A stretch of DNA of 64,000 nucleotides from Candidatus Paceibacter sp. (GTDB taxonomy: Bacteria; Patescibacteriota; Patescibacteriia; Magasanikbacterales; UBA922): NCBI GenBank assembly GCA_020725175.1, contig DYFM01000006.1, positions 2,190 to 66,189 of the forward strand, read 5' to 3'. The position numbers were made by a program, and so were the translations under genes. Each line of letters begins with the position of its first letter. Position 1 is the stretch's first letter. Under the pieces are notes generated by a model, which had not been told where the DNA came from, did no database searches, and saw only the letters and a list, made by a program, of their open reading frames with translations. Positions 9,145 through 18,706 of the stretch are shown in pieces.

Positions 9145-10368
9145 TTACTGCTTATGACGCAATCTCTTCTCCAGTACTTGTGAATTCAGGTGATACAAGA
9201 ACTGAAAAAACATACCATAGAGCGGTGGTAAAGATGAAACAAGAGTTTTCAGCTCTTCATTTTTTTGTGCAATCTTTTCATGATCACTTGCCAACCACAC
9301 TTGTTTGACGTCTTCGAGGTAGGTGTGAAACAAGACTTTAAGTTCTCCGGTTTTTATGGGAGTTTTCATTACGCTATCAACTACTTTTTGTCCTCCTAAG
9401 CTAACAATATTTGAAGAATCAATTTTTTCCGTACCCTCTTTTTCCAACATATTATAAACAAAAGTCTTCGCGAACTGAACCAGCTCTTTCGGTAACGAAT
9501 ATTGCAGTACGTCCTCCTTGGTATCGACCAAAGCCAGTTCCCGAAGCGCTACCACGAACTCTTTTTTTACAGAATCTGGTTGTAAGCGATCAGGTTTATC
9601 ATACAACTGAAGCAACGACTGAAATCGTGAAGGAATTTTTTTTGCAAAAGATTCAAGTGCGGTAGTCACGCCACTGTCGTGAAGCCATGCGGTAAATTCT
9701 TTATACGCCACCATAAGTTCACGCAAAGTCACCCGAATATACTGATGTGCCAACTCTCGCTGACTAACATCTTGATATAAAACTTCTCTCTGACGTCCTT
9801 TTGAATCAGAATATCTCAACCAGTGCTGATATATATCTACCTGCCGAGGACCGCCCATTTGGACTGTACCGCCGGATTCTGTTTTATCTCCTTCTCCAAA
9901 AATCTCAATATCAACCGGAAGACCGTTATATTCTCCGGCAACTGCCAATCGAGTACTTTCACCGTATATATCTACTTCTTCACGTCCCAAAGATAGCCCA
10001 TATTTCTCTAGTATTGTCTTACCCTTCGATCCAGAAAAAAAATGAAAAATTTGAAATACCGCATCTCGTGTGGTAAAAATATCCAAATCATTTGATTCGA
10101 CCCCGTGCTTTCCTTTTCCCACTTTTGCTACACTACAAGATACCGCCCAGTCTTCTACCCCAAGCAACTCTAAAATAGCAACCAACTCAGCGTAAAATTC
10201 AAGATACTGAACAGGCATGATGTCATGAAGCGGATCTTCTTGAGAACGCATATCAAACAGGCGATTTCCTTCTTTTGTGGCATGGCCTTCTGGTTTTTGG
10301 TCTTGTGACTGGTTTACGTCAGGCTCAACAGCATACAAACTTTCAATTGAAGGGGCGGATCCTAACAT
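9145..10368 (-). CDS. Hypothetical protein with a pol-beta-type nucleotidyltransferase-fold motif
   Basis: GKGKHGVESNDLDIF (G[SG]..D.D) followed by an acidic DIEIF; helical C-terminal half; 5 nt downstream of argS, so probably co-transcribed. Confidence 0.4.
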   Translation of the reverse strand: MLGSAPSIESLYAVEPDVNQSQDQKPEGHATKEGNRLFDMRSQEDPLHDIMPVQYLEFYAELVAILELLGVEDWAVSCSVAKVGKGKHGVESNDLDIFTTRDAVFQIFHFFSGSKGKTILEKYGLSLGREEVDIYGESTRLAVAGEYNGLPVDIEIFGEGDKTESGGTVQMGGPRQVDIYQHWLRYSDSKGRQREVLYQDVSQRELAHQYIRVTLRELMVAYKEFTAWLHDSGVTTALESFAKKIPSRFQSLLQLYDKPDRLQPDSVKKEFVVALRELALVDTKEDVLQYSLPKELVQFAKTFVYNMLEKEGTEKIDSSNIVSLGGQKVVDSVMKTPIKTGELKVLFHTYLEDVKQVWLASDHEKIAQKNEELKTLVSSLPPLYGMFFQFLYHLNSQVLEKRLRHKQ

Positions 10369-10373
10369 ATCAA

Positions 10374-12101
10374 TTACATTTCCTCCACTGTCTCAATGGT
10401 AAGAAGCTGGAGTGCGCTTTGGAGTACGGTTTTGACAGCCGACGAAAGGCTTAGTCTGGCTTGTAATAGTGGCGTACTTGGCGCATTAAGAATACTATGG
10501 TTATTATAAAAATCATTGTAAGCTTGTGAAAGATCAAAACAGTAGCGAGCAATAACCGAAGGATTATATTGTTCCAGCGCTTTCCTGACTGTTTCTTCAT
10601 ACACCGCCAACATAAGGACCAAGGTTTTTTCTTCCGGTTCAGTGAGAGATGAATAATCAACCGAAGAATAGTCGATTACTAGTTCAGCTTTTCTCAGAAT
10701 ACTGTTGATTCGAGCAACCACATACAAGACATACGGGGCGCTGTACCCGTCAAAACTCACTGCTTCGTTGATATCAAAGGTGACTACTTTGGCGGCTTCG
10801 TGTTTTTGTAAGGTAAACTTGAGTACCGCAAGGGTTAATGACTTGGCTACTGACAGTATCTGTTCCTCACTCCAATCACCATGCCTCGATCGCGATTCTT
10901 CAAGCAGTCGATCGTAAATCTGATCACGAAGATCTTCATACAAAATCACATTCCCGGCTCGAGAAGACATCTTTCCACTCGGCAAGTTGATCAGTCCATA
11001 CCCGATATGCGTCAATTTTTTATCAAATCCCAACAATTCCAGAATTTTGTATAGTTGTTGAAAGTAAAAATTTTGTTCTGTACCGGTAATAACAATACTT
11101 TCGTCTACCGCGTATTTGGAAAATTTTTCTTCGGCTAACGGAAGGTCGCTCGTAAGGTACAGTCCGGTTCCGTCTGATTTTCGTACCAAGGCAATATTTA
11201 GATTGTATTGTTCCAAGTTGATGATAATAGCCCCTCGTTCTCCAACTTCAGCTATGCCTTTTTTTAACAACTCATCCACTATTTCCTGTCCTTTCTCCTT
11301 GATATCACTCTCATAAAATGTATTCACATGCTCTACTCCAAGCTCCTCAAACAGTTCAACAAATTTTTCAATACTCCACTGTCTGGTTTCCAAAAAAAGT
11401 GGCCAAATATCCGGATCTTTCGCTTCCAATTTCTTTTGAATTTCAGCTATTTCCTGTTTTGCATTCTCGTCATCTTTAGCTTTTTGACTTGCTTCAGCAT
11501 ACACATCGCCCAGCCATTTTTGTCGATTTCCTTCCGGTACAATCCCATCATGAAGCGCGAGAACACCCCAAAGACACCTTGCAACGTGAGCACCAAAATC
11601 ATTCAAATAATTTACCGGAATGACGGTATAGCCACTCTTGCGGTACAGTTGCACCAAGGTATTTCCAATACACACGTTTCGCAAATGACCTACATGAAAT
11701 TCTTTATGCGTATTGTTTGATGGATATTCGATCATGACGGATTTTCCAGTGCCTATAGCACTACTTCCATAATTCTCTTTCTGATGATGAATGTCCGTGA
11801 GCACCATGTTTGCGAGTGTTGATGTGTAAAAATAAAAATTGACATATGGTCCAAATACTTCCATTCTTTCAATGAAATCCAAAGTTCTCTGTGTATTTTC
11901 CAACTGCTCTTTGATAGAATTGGCAATATCATTTGGCTTCTTCCCTTGTTCTTTTGCCAGTTGAAAACATGGAAACGCAACATCACCCATTTCTGGCTTG
12001 GGAGGTGTGGTAAGTTCTATCTCTCCTGTGATACCGATTTCGTGGAGGAGTTCTTTTATCTGTTGATGGATATTGCTGATCATATTTTTTTGTTGGAACA
12101 C
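10374..12101 (-). CDS. argS: Arginyl-tRNA synthetase
   Basis: HVGHLRN class-I signature, C-terminal DALR anticodon-binding region, length 575 aa. Confidence 0.9.
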   Translation of the reverse strand: MFQQKNMISNIHQQIKELLHEIGITGEIELTTPPKPEMGDVAFPCFQLAKEQGKKPNDIANSIKEQLENTQRTLDFIERMEVFGPYVNFYFYTSTLANMVLTDIHHQKENYGSSAIGTGKSVMIEYPSNNTHKEFHVGHLRNVCIGNTLVQLYRKSGYTVIPVNYLNDFGAHVARCLWGVLALHDGIVPEGNRQKWLGDVYAEASQKAKDDENAKQEIAEIQKKLEAKDPDIWPLFLETRQWSIEKFVELFEELGVEHVNTFYESDIKEKGQEIVDELLKKGIAEVGERGAIIINLEQYNLNIALVRKSDGTGLYLTSDLPLAEEKFSKYAVDESIVITGTEQNFYFQQLYKILELLGFDKKLTHIGYGLINLPSGKMSSRAGNVILYEDLRDQIYDRLLEESRSRHGDWSEEQILSVAKSLTLAVLKFTLQKHEAAKVVTFDINEAVSFDGYSAPYVLYVVARINSILRKAELVIDYSSVDYSSLTEPEEKTLVLMLAVYEETVRKALEQYNPSVIARYCFDLSQAYNDFYNNHSILNAPSTPLLQARLSLSSAVKTVLQSALQLLTIETVEEM

Positions 12102-12259
12102 ATTTATCTACCAAGCTAGTAAGTATGAAACACTATGATAATACATGAAATTTTCAAACCAATAGGACACAGATATACCATGATTTCCCAGATAAACCAC
12201 GATCTTGAATGATCCTGGATATCTTGGTACATCTGTGGACCAAATATGTTGACGAAGGT

Positions 12260-13606
12260 TTACACAATCCGTACAAAAAACCGCTTTCCTTTTTGCACGA
12301 CATCGCCCGCTTTTAACATCAAATCATACACGCTCACTTTCTCATCGTTCACTTTTACACCACCACCATCAATATTTCGTCGGGCATCGCCATTACTACT
12401 TACAAATCCAGCTTCTACCAGCACCGTTACAATATCATACGCGGTCGGTTGGAGCTCAGGAATTTCTTCCGGTCGATCTTGATTTTGAATCACAGTGCGG
12501 AAATGTTCTTGACCTTTTGTAGCAGCGTCTCCACCTAAAAACGTTTTGGTGACTTCATACGCCAACCGAAGCTTGGCATCGCGCGGATTTTGCCCTTCTA
12601 CAATCTCTTTTTCAATCTGCTTCACCTCTTCCATCGGTACATGGGTACACAGCTCAAACCCAATCCCAATCATTTCATCCGGCCAACGCATAACTTTTCC
12701 AAACATATCTTCCGGACTATCAGATAGTGCCACCATATTTCCTTCACTTTTACTCATTTTCTTTCCGGTGGTCGCATCCACCAGAAGCTTGGTGGTTAAG
12801 ACAAACTTTTCTTTGTTCTTGAGACTCTTCATGAGATCTCGTCCGGCCAGCATGTTGAACGTTTGATCATTGCCACCCACTTCTCCGCTAACATCCATAG
12901 CAACAGAATCGTAGCCCTGCATAAGTGGGTAAAAGAATTCGTGAAGGTGAATTGGTTTTGTCGGATTAATATCTTTTTTATTAAAAACAGTAGTCCTCTT
13001 ACAATTGGAACAACAAAGCTCGAACTTTAATTCTTCTGAAGCCGCCCTTAAGCTCTTATCATTTAACAAACCAGGTACCCTTACGTCTACTTGTTGTTTA
13101 CAGTCAGGACAAGTAACTGTTAATGCCATCCTCTTTTCAAACATATCTCGCTCCAACATGCGTTGCACCGTAAAATGTGAAGCAAGCTCAATAACATCAG
13201 CAAAGGAGAGTTTTGCCAGCCATTCACTATTATATTTAATTTCCACTGGATTTTCACCCTCAAAATTTAATATCGCTTTGGCTTGATCCGCATACCCTTT
13301 GGCATTTTCAAGCACTTGCTCACGAGTCAACTTTTGCCGAGCCGCAGATTTATCAGTCGGATCACCAATCATACCTGTAAAATCTCCGATCAACATGATG
13401 ATTTTATGTCCTAAATCCTGAAACTGACGAAGTTTTACCATCGTAATACCATGACCAATATGAAGTGTTGGCGCGGTAGGGTCGTACCCAGTGTAAATAG
13501 TGAGTTGTTTTCCGGACTGCAATTCTTTTTCTAGAAACTCCGCTGATGGATAGATATTTTCTACGCCTCGAGTGAGTAGCTCGGTGACTTGTTGTTCGAT
13601 TATCAT
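12260..13606 (-). CDS. tyrS: Tyrosyl-tRNA synthetase with S4 C-terminal domain and a Cys4 insertion
   Basis: GYDPTAPTLHIGHG (HIGH), KMSKS, C-terminal GGGVKVND S4-like domain; CPDC..CSNC insertion. Start set at MIIEQQ to avoid overlap. Confidence 0.85.
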   Translation of the reverse strand: MIIEQQVTELLTRGVENIYPSAEFLEKELQSGKQLTIYTGYDPTAPTLHIGHGITMVKLRQFQDLGHKIIMLIGDFTGMIGDPTDKSAARQKLTREQVLENAKGYADQAKAILNFEGENPVEIKYNSEWLAKLSFADVIELASHFTVQRMLERDMFEKRMALTVTCPDCKQQVDVRVPGLLNDKSLRAASEELKFELCCSNCKRTTVFNKKDINPTKPIHLHEFFYPLMQGYDSVAMDVSGEVGGNDQTFNMLAGRDLMKSLKNKEKFVLTTKLLVDATTGKKMSKSEGNMVALSDSPEDMFGKVMRWPDEMIGIGFELCTHVPMEEVKQIEKEIVEGQNPRDAKLRLAYEVTKTFLGGDAATKGQEHFRTVIQNQDRPEEIPELQPTAYDIVTVLVEAGFVSSNGDARRNIDGGGVKVNDEKVSVYDLMLKAGDVVQKGKRFFVRIV

Positions 13607-13628
13607 AATTTTTCTGTTATGCAATTTA

Positions 13629-14681
13629 TTATTGTACAATTGGCAATCTTATTTCAAAAATTGTATTCATACTATTTAGTAAATCCGTTTTAAAAGTACT
13701 TCTACTCGTATTTGAAAAACGAGATAAATTACCTGTTCCTGGTTCTTTAGAAATCACAATTAATTCAACACCCATTGAGGCAAAACGTTTGTCGCTGTTG
13801 GCTAGACCTAAGCCAGTACTCTTCGTGGCTGATACACCTGATGCAAATATATATTTATCTGAACCACTATCCAGCTGCTCTTCACTGATTCCAATCCCAT
13901 TGTCACAAACTCTAATCACCAATTTATCTTCTTCAATTATGGCATCAATTTCAATAAAGTCTGCTTTTATATCATCTTTAAATGCATTACGCAACATATT
14001 TAGAACACCGTTCAGTACAGCCCCTAAATTTCCTCTCACTCTCCTACCACCCAACTGACTTTTCAATTGATCAAAATTTATATTGTTTATAAATTGCTTA
14101 TTTTCGATTTTTTGACATGGACTAACTTTCGCAGCAGCATTTTTTTGTTTATCTATTTTTTCTTTAAATGAAACAAGCTCAAAATTAGTGAAGTAATCTA
14201 ATATATATTTTAACATGTCAAGATCAAAGTTCTGACAATATTTTTCATCAATAGTATCTGATGCCAAAACTTTCAAAGCAGTATCTTCAGTGGCGCAGTA
14301 GAATCGTGGCCAAAAAAGCAAAAAAGAGTTTATAACTGCTTCCCTACTATTAGAAGTCTGACGTGTTCCGTTTCGGTCACTGGTATTAAGGCTTTCAAGA
14401 GTAAATATAACTATTGTTGCAATATTTCCTAAATCATGACTTATATATCTCTTGAACTCCGGAAATGTATTACTTTCACGAAAAAAATTTACAATACTGG
14501 TTACTATTTTTTTCGATATGCTACTCATATTACCACCCTTAATATCTTCTATGTGTGAGAAAATCGTATACAGTGAACCAAGGCATTCTATCGTAATTTT
14601 AAGAAACCTATCTTTTTCTCTTTCGTACTTATTCCTCCTAGTGTCAGGAATACGCGTGTGTGAAGATTTATCAATAGACAT
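13629..14681 (-). CDS. Histidine-kinase-like ATPase (HATPase_c) protein, cytoplasmic
   Basis: N-box NLGAVLNGVLNMLRNA, G1 box DNGIGI, G2 box TGLGL; possible H-box ISHDLGN; no partner response regulator in the window. Confidence 0.5.
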   Translation of the reverse strand: MSIDKSSHTRIPDTRRNKYEREKDRFLKITIECLGSLYTIFSHIEDIKGGNMSSISKKIVTSIVNFFRESNTFPEFKRYISHDLGNIATIVIFTLESLNTSDRNGTRQTSNSREAVINSFLLFWPRFYCATEDTALKVLASDTIDEKYCQNFDLDMLKYILDYFTNFELVSFKEKIDKQKNAAAKVSPCQKIENKQFINNINFDQLKSQLGGRRVRGNLGAVLNGVLNMLRNAFKDDIKADFIEIDAIIEEDKLVIRVCDNGIGISEEQLDSGSDKYIFASGVSATKSTGLGLANSDKRFASMGVELIVISKEPGTGNLSRFSNTSRSTFKTDLLNSMNTIFEIRLPIVQ

Positions 14682-14698
14682 ATGATATTACAATAAAA

Positions 14699-15166
14699 TT
14701 AACACCTCTGCGCCTTAATACTCACTGCTTTAATTTCCCCCACTTCCACCGCAAAATACTCAATCGTCTCCACATCATCCGGTCCCACCTGTTGCTCATA
14801 TGTCTGTGGAACGAGCTTGATCACCACATCAACAAAAATCTCAGGAGTTCCCATGACACACGATGGCATTGATCCTGCTGTCAAAATTTTGATAGTATAT
14901 TCTGATGAGATATAAAGCGGTTTACCATCTACTGTTACCCGCGTCCTTTGTGGTGCTGATAAAACTGTCTCACCAAATCCCCCTACACGTCCATAAGACA
15001 TATAAAACTGAACGGACTGTGGTTCTGTACTGTTTACTATCTGATACGTTTCTCCTTTTAACTCCTGCAAAGAATCCATATTTTCTACATAAGATTGTTG
15101 GACCTTAGGCTGAGTACAACCTGCGCCAAGCAAAATAAAAAAACCAAAAAGGAAAAAATAATGCAC
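14699..15166 (-). CDS. Putative lipoprotein
   Basis: Signal peptide with lipobox LLGAGC; 155 aa. Confidence 0.5.
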   Translation of the reverse strand: MHYFFLFGFFILLGAGCTQPKVQQSYVENMDSLQELKGETYQIVNSTEPQSVQFYMSYGRVGGFGETVLSAPQRTRVTVDGKPLYISSEYTIKILTAGSMPSCVMGTPEIFVDVVIKLVPQTYEQQVGPDDVETIEYFAVEVGEIKAVSIKAQRC

Positions 15167-15174
15167 AAGAAAGA

Positions 15175-17925
15175 TTATTTAGTTAATACACCCAGTTGCT
15201 CTTGAAGTTTTTTTAACTTCTCTCTCGCCTCTTCAAGTTTTTTCTTCTCGCCCTCCACCACTGCCGCCGGAGCATTGTTGACAAACTCATCATTCGCTAA
15301 TTTCTTTTCAAGAGAAATAACATAAGGCTCAATTAGTGCAATCTCTTTTTGAATTCGCTCTTTTTCTTTTTCAAGGTCAACACTTCCTGATAAATCCATA
15401 AACACCTCCACCTCCGATTCTATAAATCCAACGGCTCCATCTGGTTTGGCGATTGTTTTCTCAATTGTACAGTTCTCGAGACGTGCCATTCCTTTGAGTA
15501 TCTCAACATTTTTCTGTAGCAGTTCTATTTGCTTACCAGCACTTATGGTAACAGCAACTTTTTTCGCCGGTTCAATGTTATATTCTGAACGAAGATTTCG
15601 AACACCTGTAACAATACGCTTCATGAGTTCAAACTGTTCTTCTGTCCCTATAACGTCTTCACTCCTTTGAATAGTCGGCCATGGCGCAACCATAAGTAAT
15701 TGTTCTTCACCATACACCTCTTGCCAAATCGCTTCAGTCACAAACGGCGTATACGGATGCCACAATTTCAAGAGGGTATTCAGTATATAATTCAACACTT
15801 CTGCTTTGCCACCCTCAATCTTCGCGATTTCCAAATACCAGTCAGCCAAATCATTCCACGTAAAATCACGCAACGATTCAGCCGCATACGAAAAATCAAA
15901 TGAATCCAAATTCTTTGTAACACCTGTAACCAACGTATCAAGTTTTTTTAATATCCATTGATCAGCTAGTGTTTTTGCTTCCGGTCGAACTTGGTCCCCG
16001 CCTCTTCGGCGGACAGGCTTGTTCATTGTTCCTTGTTCCTTGTCCACGGTCATCAACATAAACCGACTCATATTCCAAAGCTTGTTTACTAAATTTCTTC
16101 CAGCCTCAACTTTTTCCATGTAAAACCGAGAATCATTTCCTGGAGCTACCCCAACCATCAGACTAAATCGAAGAGCATCTGTTCCATATTCTTTAATAAC
16201 ATCAAGTGGATCAATACCATTTTTTAGTGACTTGGAAAATTTCCTCCCATCTTTGTCACGAAGTATACCGTGTACATACGCATCTTTAAAGGGAATATCA
16301 TTAAATAAGTAAGCCGAAAACAAGATCATGCGAGCCATCCAGAGAGAAACAATTTCATAGCCCATTTGCATCCATGAAGTCGGAAAAAAAGTCTTGAAGT
16401 CTTTGTGCTCAGGTCCTCCCAATGTTGCAAATGGCCACATACCCGAAGAAAACCAGGTATCGAGCGTATCTTCGTCTTGGGCAATGTTTCCACCACATTC
16501 AGGACAAGCTTTCAATTTCTCAGATGTAACAACATATTGGCAAGTTGTTCCTTGTTCCTTGTTCTTTGCTCCTTGACAATACCACACCGGAACTCTGTGC
16601 CCCCACCAGATCTGCCGACTAATACACCAATCATACAGATTATCAACCCACGCAAGATAACTTTTCTCAAACCGCTCCGGATTGACAATCGTTTTCTTTT
16701 TCGCATTTCCATCTAGACCTATTGTTACCGCCTCTCGCATCAACTCTTTGAGCGACTTTCCTCGACCAGGGATTTCTTTATTTACATCCACAAACCATTG
16801 AGTCATAGGAATAGACTCAATAATATCACCAAATCGGTCAGATGTTGCCACACTCTGATCAATTTCCTGTTCCTCAATCAACAATCCCTCAGCTCGCAAC
16901 CAATCTACTACCTGCTCTCGAGCTTCTTCAACAGTTTTCCCTTCATACTTTGTACCAGCTTCTTTGGTCATAAGACCATCTTTTCCTATTACCTGAATCA
17001 AACCAATATCATTGCCCAACGCTTTCTGTTTCAAGTACATTTCAAAATCAATTGGACTATGAGCCGTTGTTACTCCCAACGCCCCCGTCCCAAAACTATC
17101 ATCAACATTTTCATCCGCGATAATTTTCAAACGTAATGTATGTCCAGCTTGCCCAAAGTTCTCAATCACGAATTCTTGACCTACATACTCTTTCCATCTT
17201 CCTTCCGGATGAACTGCTACTGCAGTATCACCAAGCTTTGTTTCGGGTCGAGTGGTTGCAATAGGAATCGGAAAACTCTCAGAATATTTAAAAGTATACA
17301 ACTTTGACTTGCGTTCAATATAAGCCAACTCATCATCACTCGAAGTTGACTGTCCTTTTACCGACCAATTTACAACTCGATATCCGCGATAAATCAATCC
17401 ATCGTCGTACATTTTCTTAAAGACTATATTAACAATTTTTGATCTCTCCTCATCAAATGTATACGCCAACCGTGACCAATCCGCACTGGTTCCCATTTTT
17501 TTAATCTGACTGAGAATAGTTGTTTTTGACTGTTCAGCATACTCACGAATCTTTTCGAGCAACCCTTCACGACCCAATTCCAGTCGAGGATTTTTCATAC
17601 CAGCCTCAACCAAATTTTTTTCCACCCGAGCCTGAGTTGCAACAGCCGCATGGTCAGTTCCGGGAAGTAGCAACACTTTTTTTCCATTCATTCGTTGATA
17701 CCGCGCCATCACATCCATAAGTGTGTTTTCTAGCGCATGTCCGAGATGAAGCACACCGGTCACATTTGGTGGTGGCATCATGATACTGTATGGCTCCCGA
17801 GAATCCGGATTATCCACCCAAGGCGGACACGCCTCGGGCGTGAAATATCCACTATCTTCCCAGCGTTTGTAGATAGCATCTTCGTATTGTTGTGGTTCGT
17901 AGGCTTTAGGGAGTTCTTTATTCAT
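15175..17925 (-). CDS. valS: Valyl-tRNA synthetase
   Basis: PPPNVTGVLHLGHA (HIGH region), KFSKS, editing domain, C-terminal coiled coil; 916 aa. Confidence 0.9.
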   Translation of the reverse strand: MNKELPKAYEPQQYEDAIYKRWEDSGYFTPEACPPWVDNPDSREPYSIMMPPPNVTGVLHLGHALENTLMDVMARYQRMNGKKVLLLPGTDHAAVATQARVEKNLVEAGMKNPRLELGREGLLEKIREYAEQSKTTILSQIKKMGTSADWSRLAYTFDEERSKIVNIVFKKMYDDGLIYRGYRVVNWSVKGQSTSSDDELAYIERKSKLYTFKYSESFPIPIATTRPETKLGDTAVAVHPEGRWKEYVGQEFVIENFGQAGHTLRLKIIADENVDDSFGTGALGVTTAHSPIDFEMYLKQKALGNDIGLIQVIGKDGLMTKEAGTKYEGKTVEEAREQVVDWLRAEGLLIEEQEIDQSVATSDRFGDIIESIPMTQWFVDVNKEIPGRGKSLKELMREAVTIGLDGNAKKKTIVNPERFEKSYLAWVDNLYDWCISRQIWWGHRVPVWYCQGAKNKEQGTTCQYVVTSEKLKACPECGGNIAQDEDTLDTWFSSGMWPFATLGGPEHKDFKTFFPTSWMQMGYEIVSLWMARMILFSAYLFNDIPFKDAYVHGILRDKDGRKFSKSLKNGIDPLDVIKEYGTDALRFSLMVGVAPGNDSRFYMEKVEAGRNLVNKLWNMSRFMLMTVDKEQGTMNKPVRRRGGDQVRPEAKTLADQWILKKLDTLVTGVTKNLDSFDFSYAAESLRDFTWNDLADWYLEIAKIEGGKAEVLNYILNTLLKLWHPYTPFVTEAIWQEVYGEEQLLMVAPWPTIQRSEDVIGTEEQFELMKRIVTGVRNLRSEYNIEPAKKVAVTISAGKQIELLQKNVEILKGMARLENCTIEKTIAKPDGAVGFIESEVEVFMDLSGSVDLEKEKERIQKEIALIEPYVISLEKKLANDEFVNNAPAAVVEGEKKKLEEAREKLKKLQEQLGVLTK

Positions 17926-17969
17926 ATAGCATTGATTACACAGATTTGGAATTGATTACACTGAGTTGT

Positions 17970-18233
17970 TTACTTTTTCTTATTTTCAATCCATTTCTTT
18001 TTTACAAATGGAAATGTGAGTGTGGAAATAAAAAAACCGAGTGATGGAACGATGGCATTTATCCAAGGACGACCAATATCGACTGAATAAAGAAACAAAA
18101 CAACCACAAAATATGTCAAAACCACAATCAGTACTTTTCTCACCAAACTTGTCTCCCAAGCCTTTTCAGCTTCGACCCGAGTATTTCTTGCCTCAATCTT
18201 ACTAATTCGTTGTGCCAGTTCTTCACTTATCAT
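17970..18233 (-). CDS. Small hypothetical membrane protein
   Basis: 87-aa ORF with one or two hydrophobic helices and a Lys-rich C-terminus. Confidence 0.35.
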   Translation of the reverse strand: MISEELAQRISKIEARNTRVEAEKAWETSLVRKVLIVVLTYFVVVLFLYSVDIGRPWINAIVPSLGFFISTLTFPFVKKKWIENKKK

Positions 18234-18288
18234 ATGGATACAGTTTACTGTTATTTAGCGAAAAAATCAAGCGTTACTGATAATTACT

Positions 18289-18469
18289 TTACGGATTACG
18301 GATAATACGGAGTGACGGATATTGTGTTGATTTAGAAAAAGTGAAATAAAGAAATAACAAAACAATTGACTATGAACAATTTACAACTATCTATTGTTTC
18401 GTTATTTCTTTTTTTCAGTCAAAGTATCCGTACCTCCGTATTATCCGTAATCCGTAACATATCCGTAAT
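18289..18469. repeat. Composite palindrome built from TACGGAT heptad arrays. Arms TTACGGATTACGGATAATACGGAG (left) and CTCCGTATTATCCGTAATCCGTAA (right) enclose a GAAATAA / TTATTTC inverted core
   Basis: Near-perfect inverted repeat of about 30 nt with a nested inner inverted repeat, readable directly in the sequence. Confidence 0.6.
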
Positions 18470-18672
18470 ACAAACAAAATACCCGCCTCTGAGGGCGAGC
18501 TTCATGTATTTCAATGAAAATACCGCGTCCTCAGGAGGAAACAAACACGACCACCACGCGGCGATATGCATTTGAGCGAGCATTATTCATATGTACCTAT
18601 CTAACCAAATTCATCTTCTTCTGTCAATGAAAATTATTGTACTTATCCCCAACCGTCAAACAAATTTACCCT

Positions 18673-18700
18673 TGACGACAAGTAGATTCCTCCTTATACT
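18673..18700 (+). promoter_or_regulatory. Sigma70-like promoter: TTGACG, 16-nt spacer, TATACT
   Basis: Near-consensus -35 and -10 hexamers immediately upstream of the GC-rich structured region. Confidence 0.55.
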
Positions 18701-18706
18701 GATTGC

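Noticed and set aside
12102-12259. T-box leader or riboswitch upstream of argS and downstream of tyrS
   Set aside because: No AAUUAGGGUGGNACCGCG T-box sequence, specifier-loop architecture or antiterminator was found on the minus strand.
15996-16017. Large inserted element or intein in valS
   Set aside because: Protein length and alignment with E. coli ValRS show no large insertion at this position. Only a short linker differs, so it is reported only as a mini-repeat signature.
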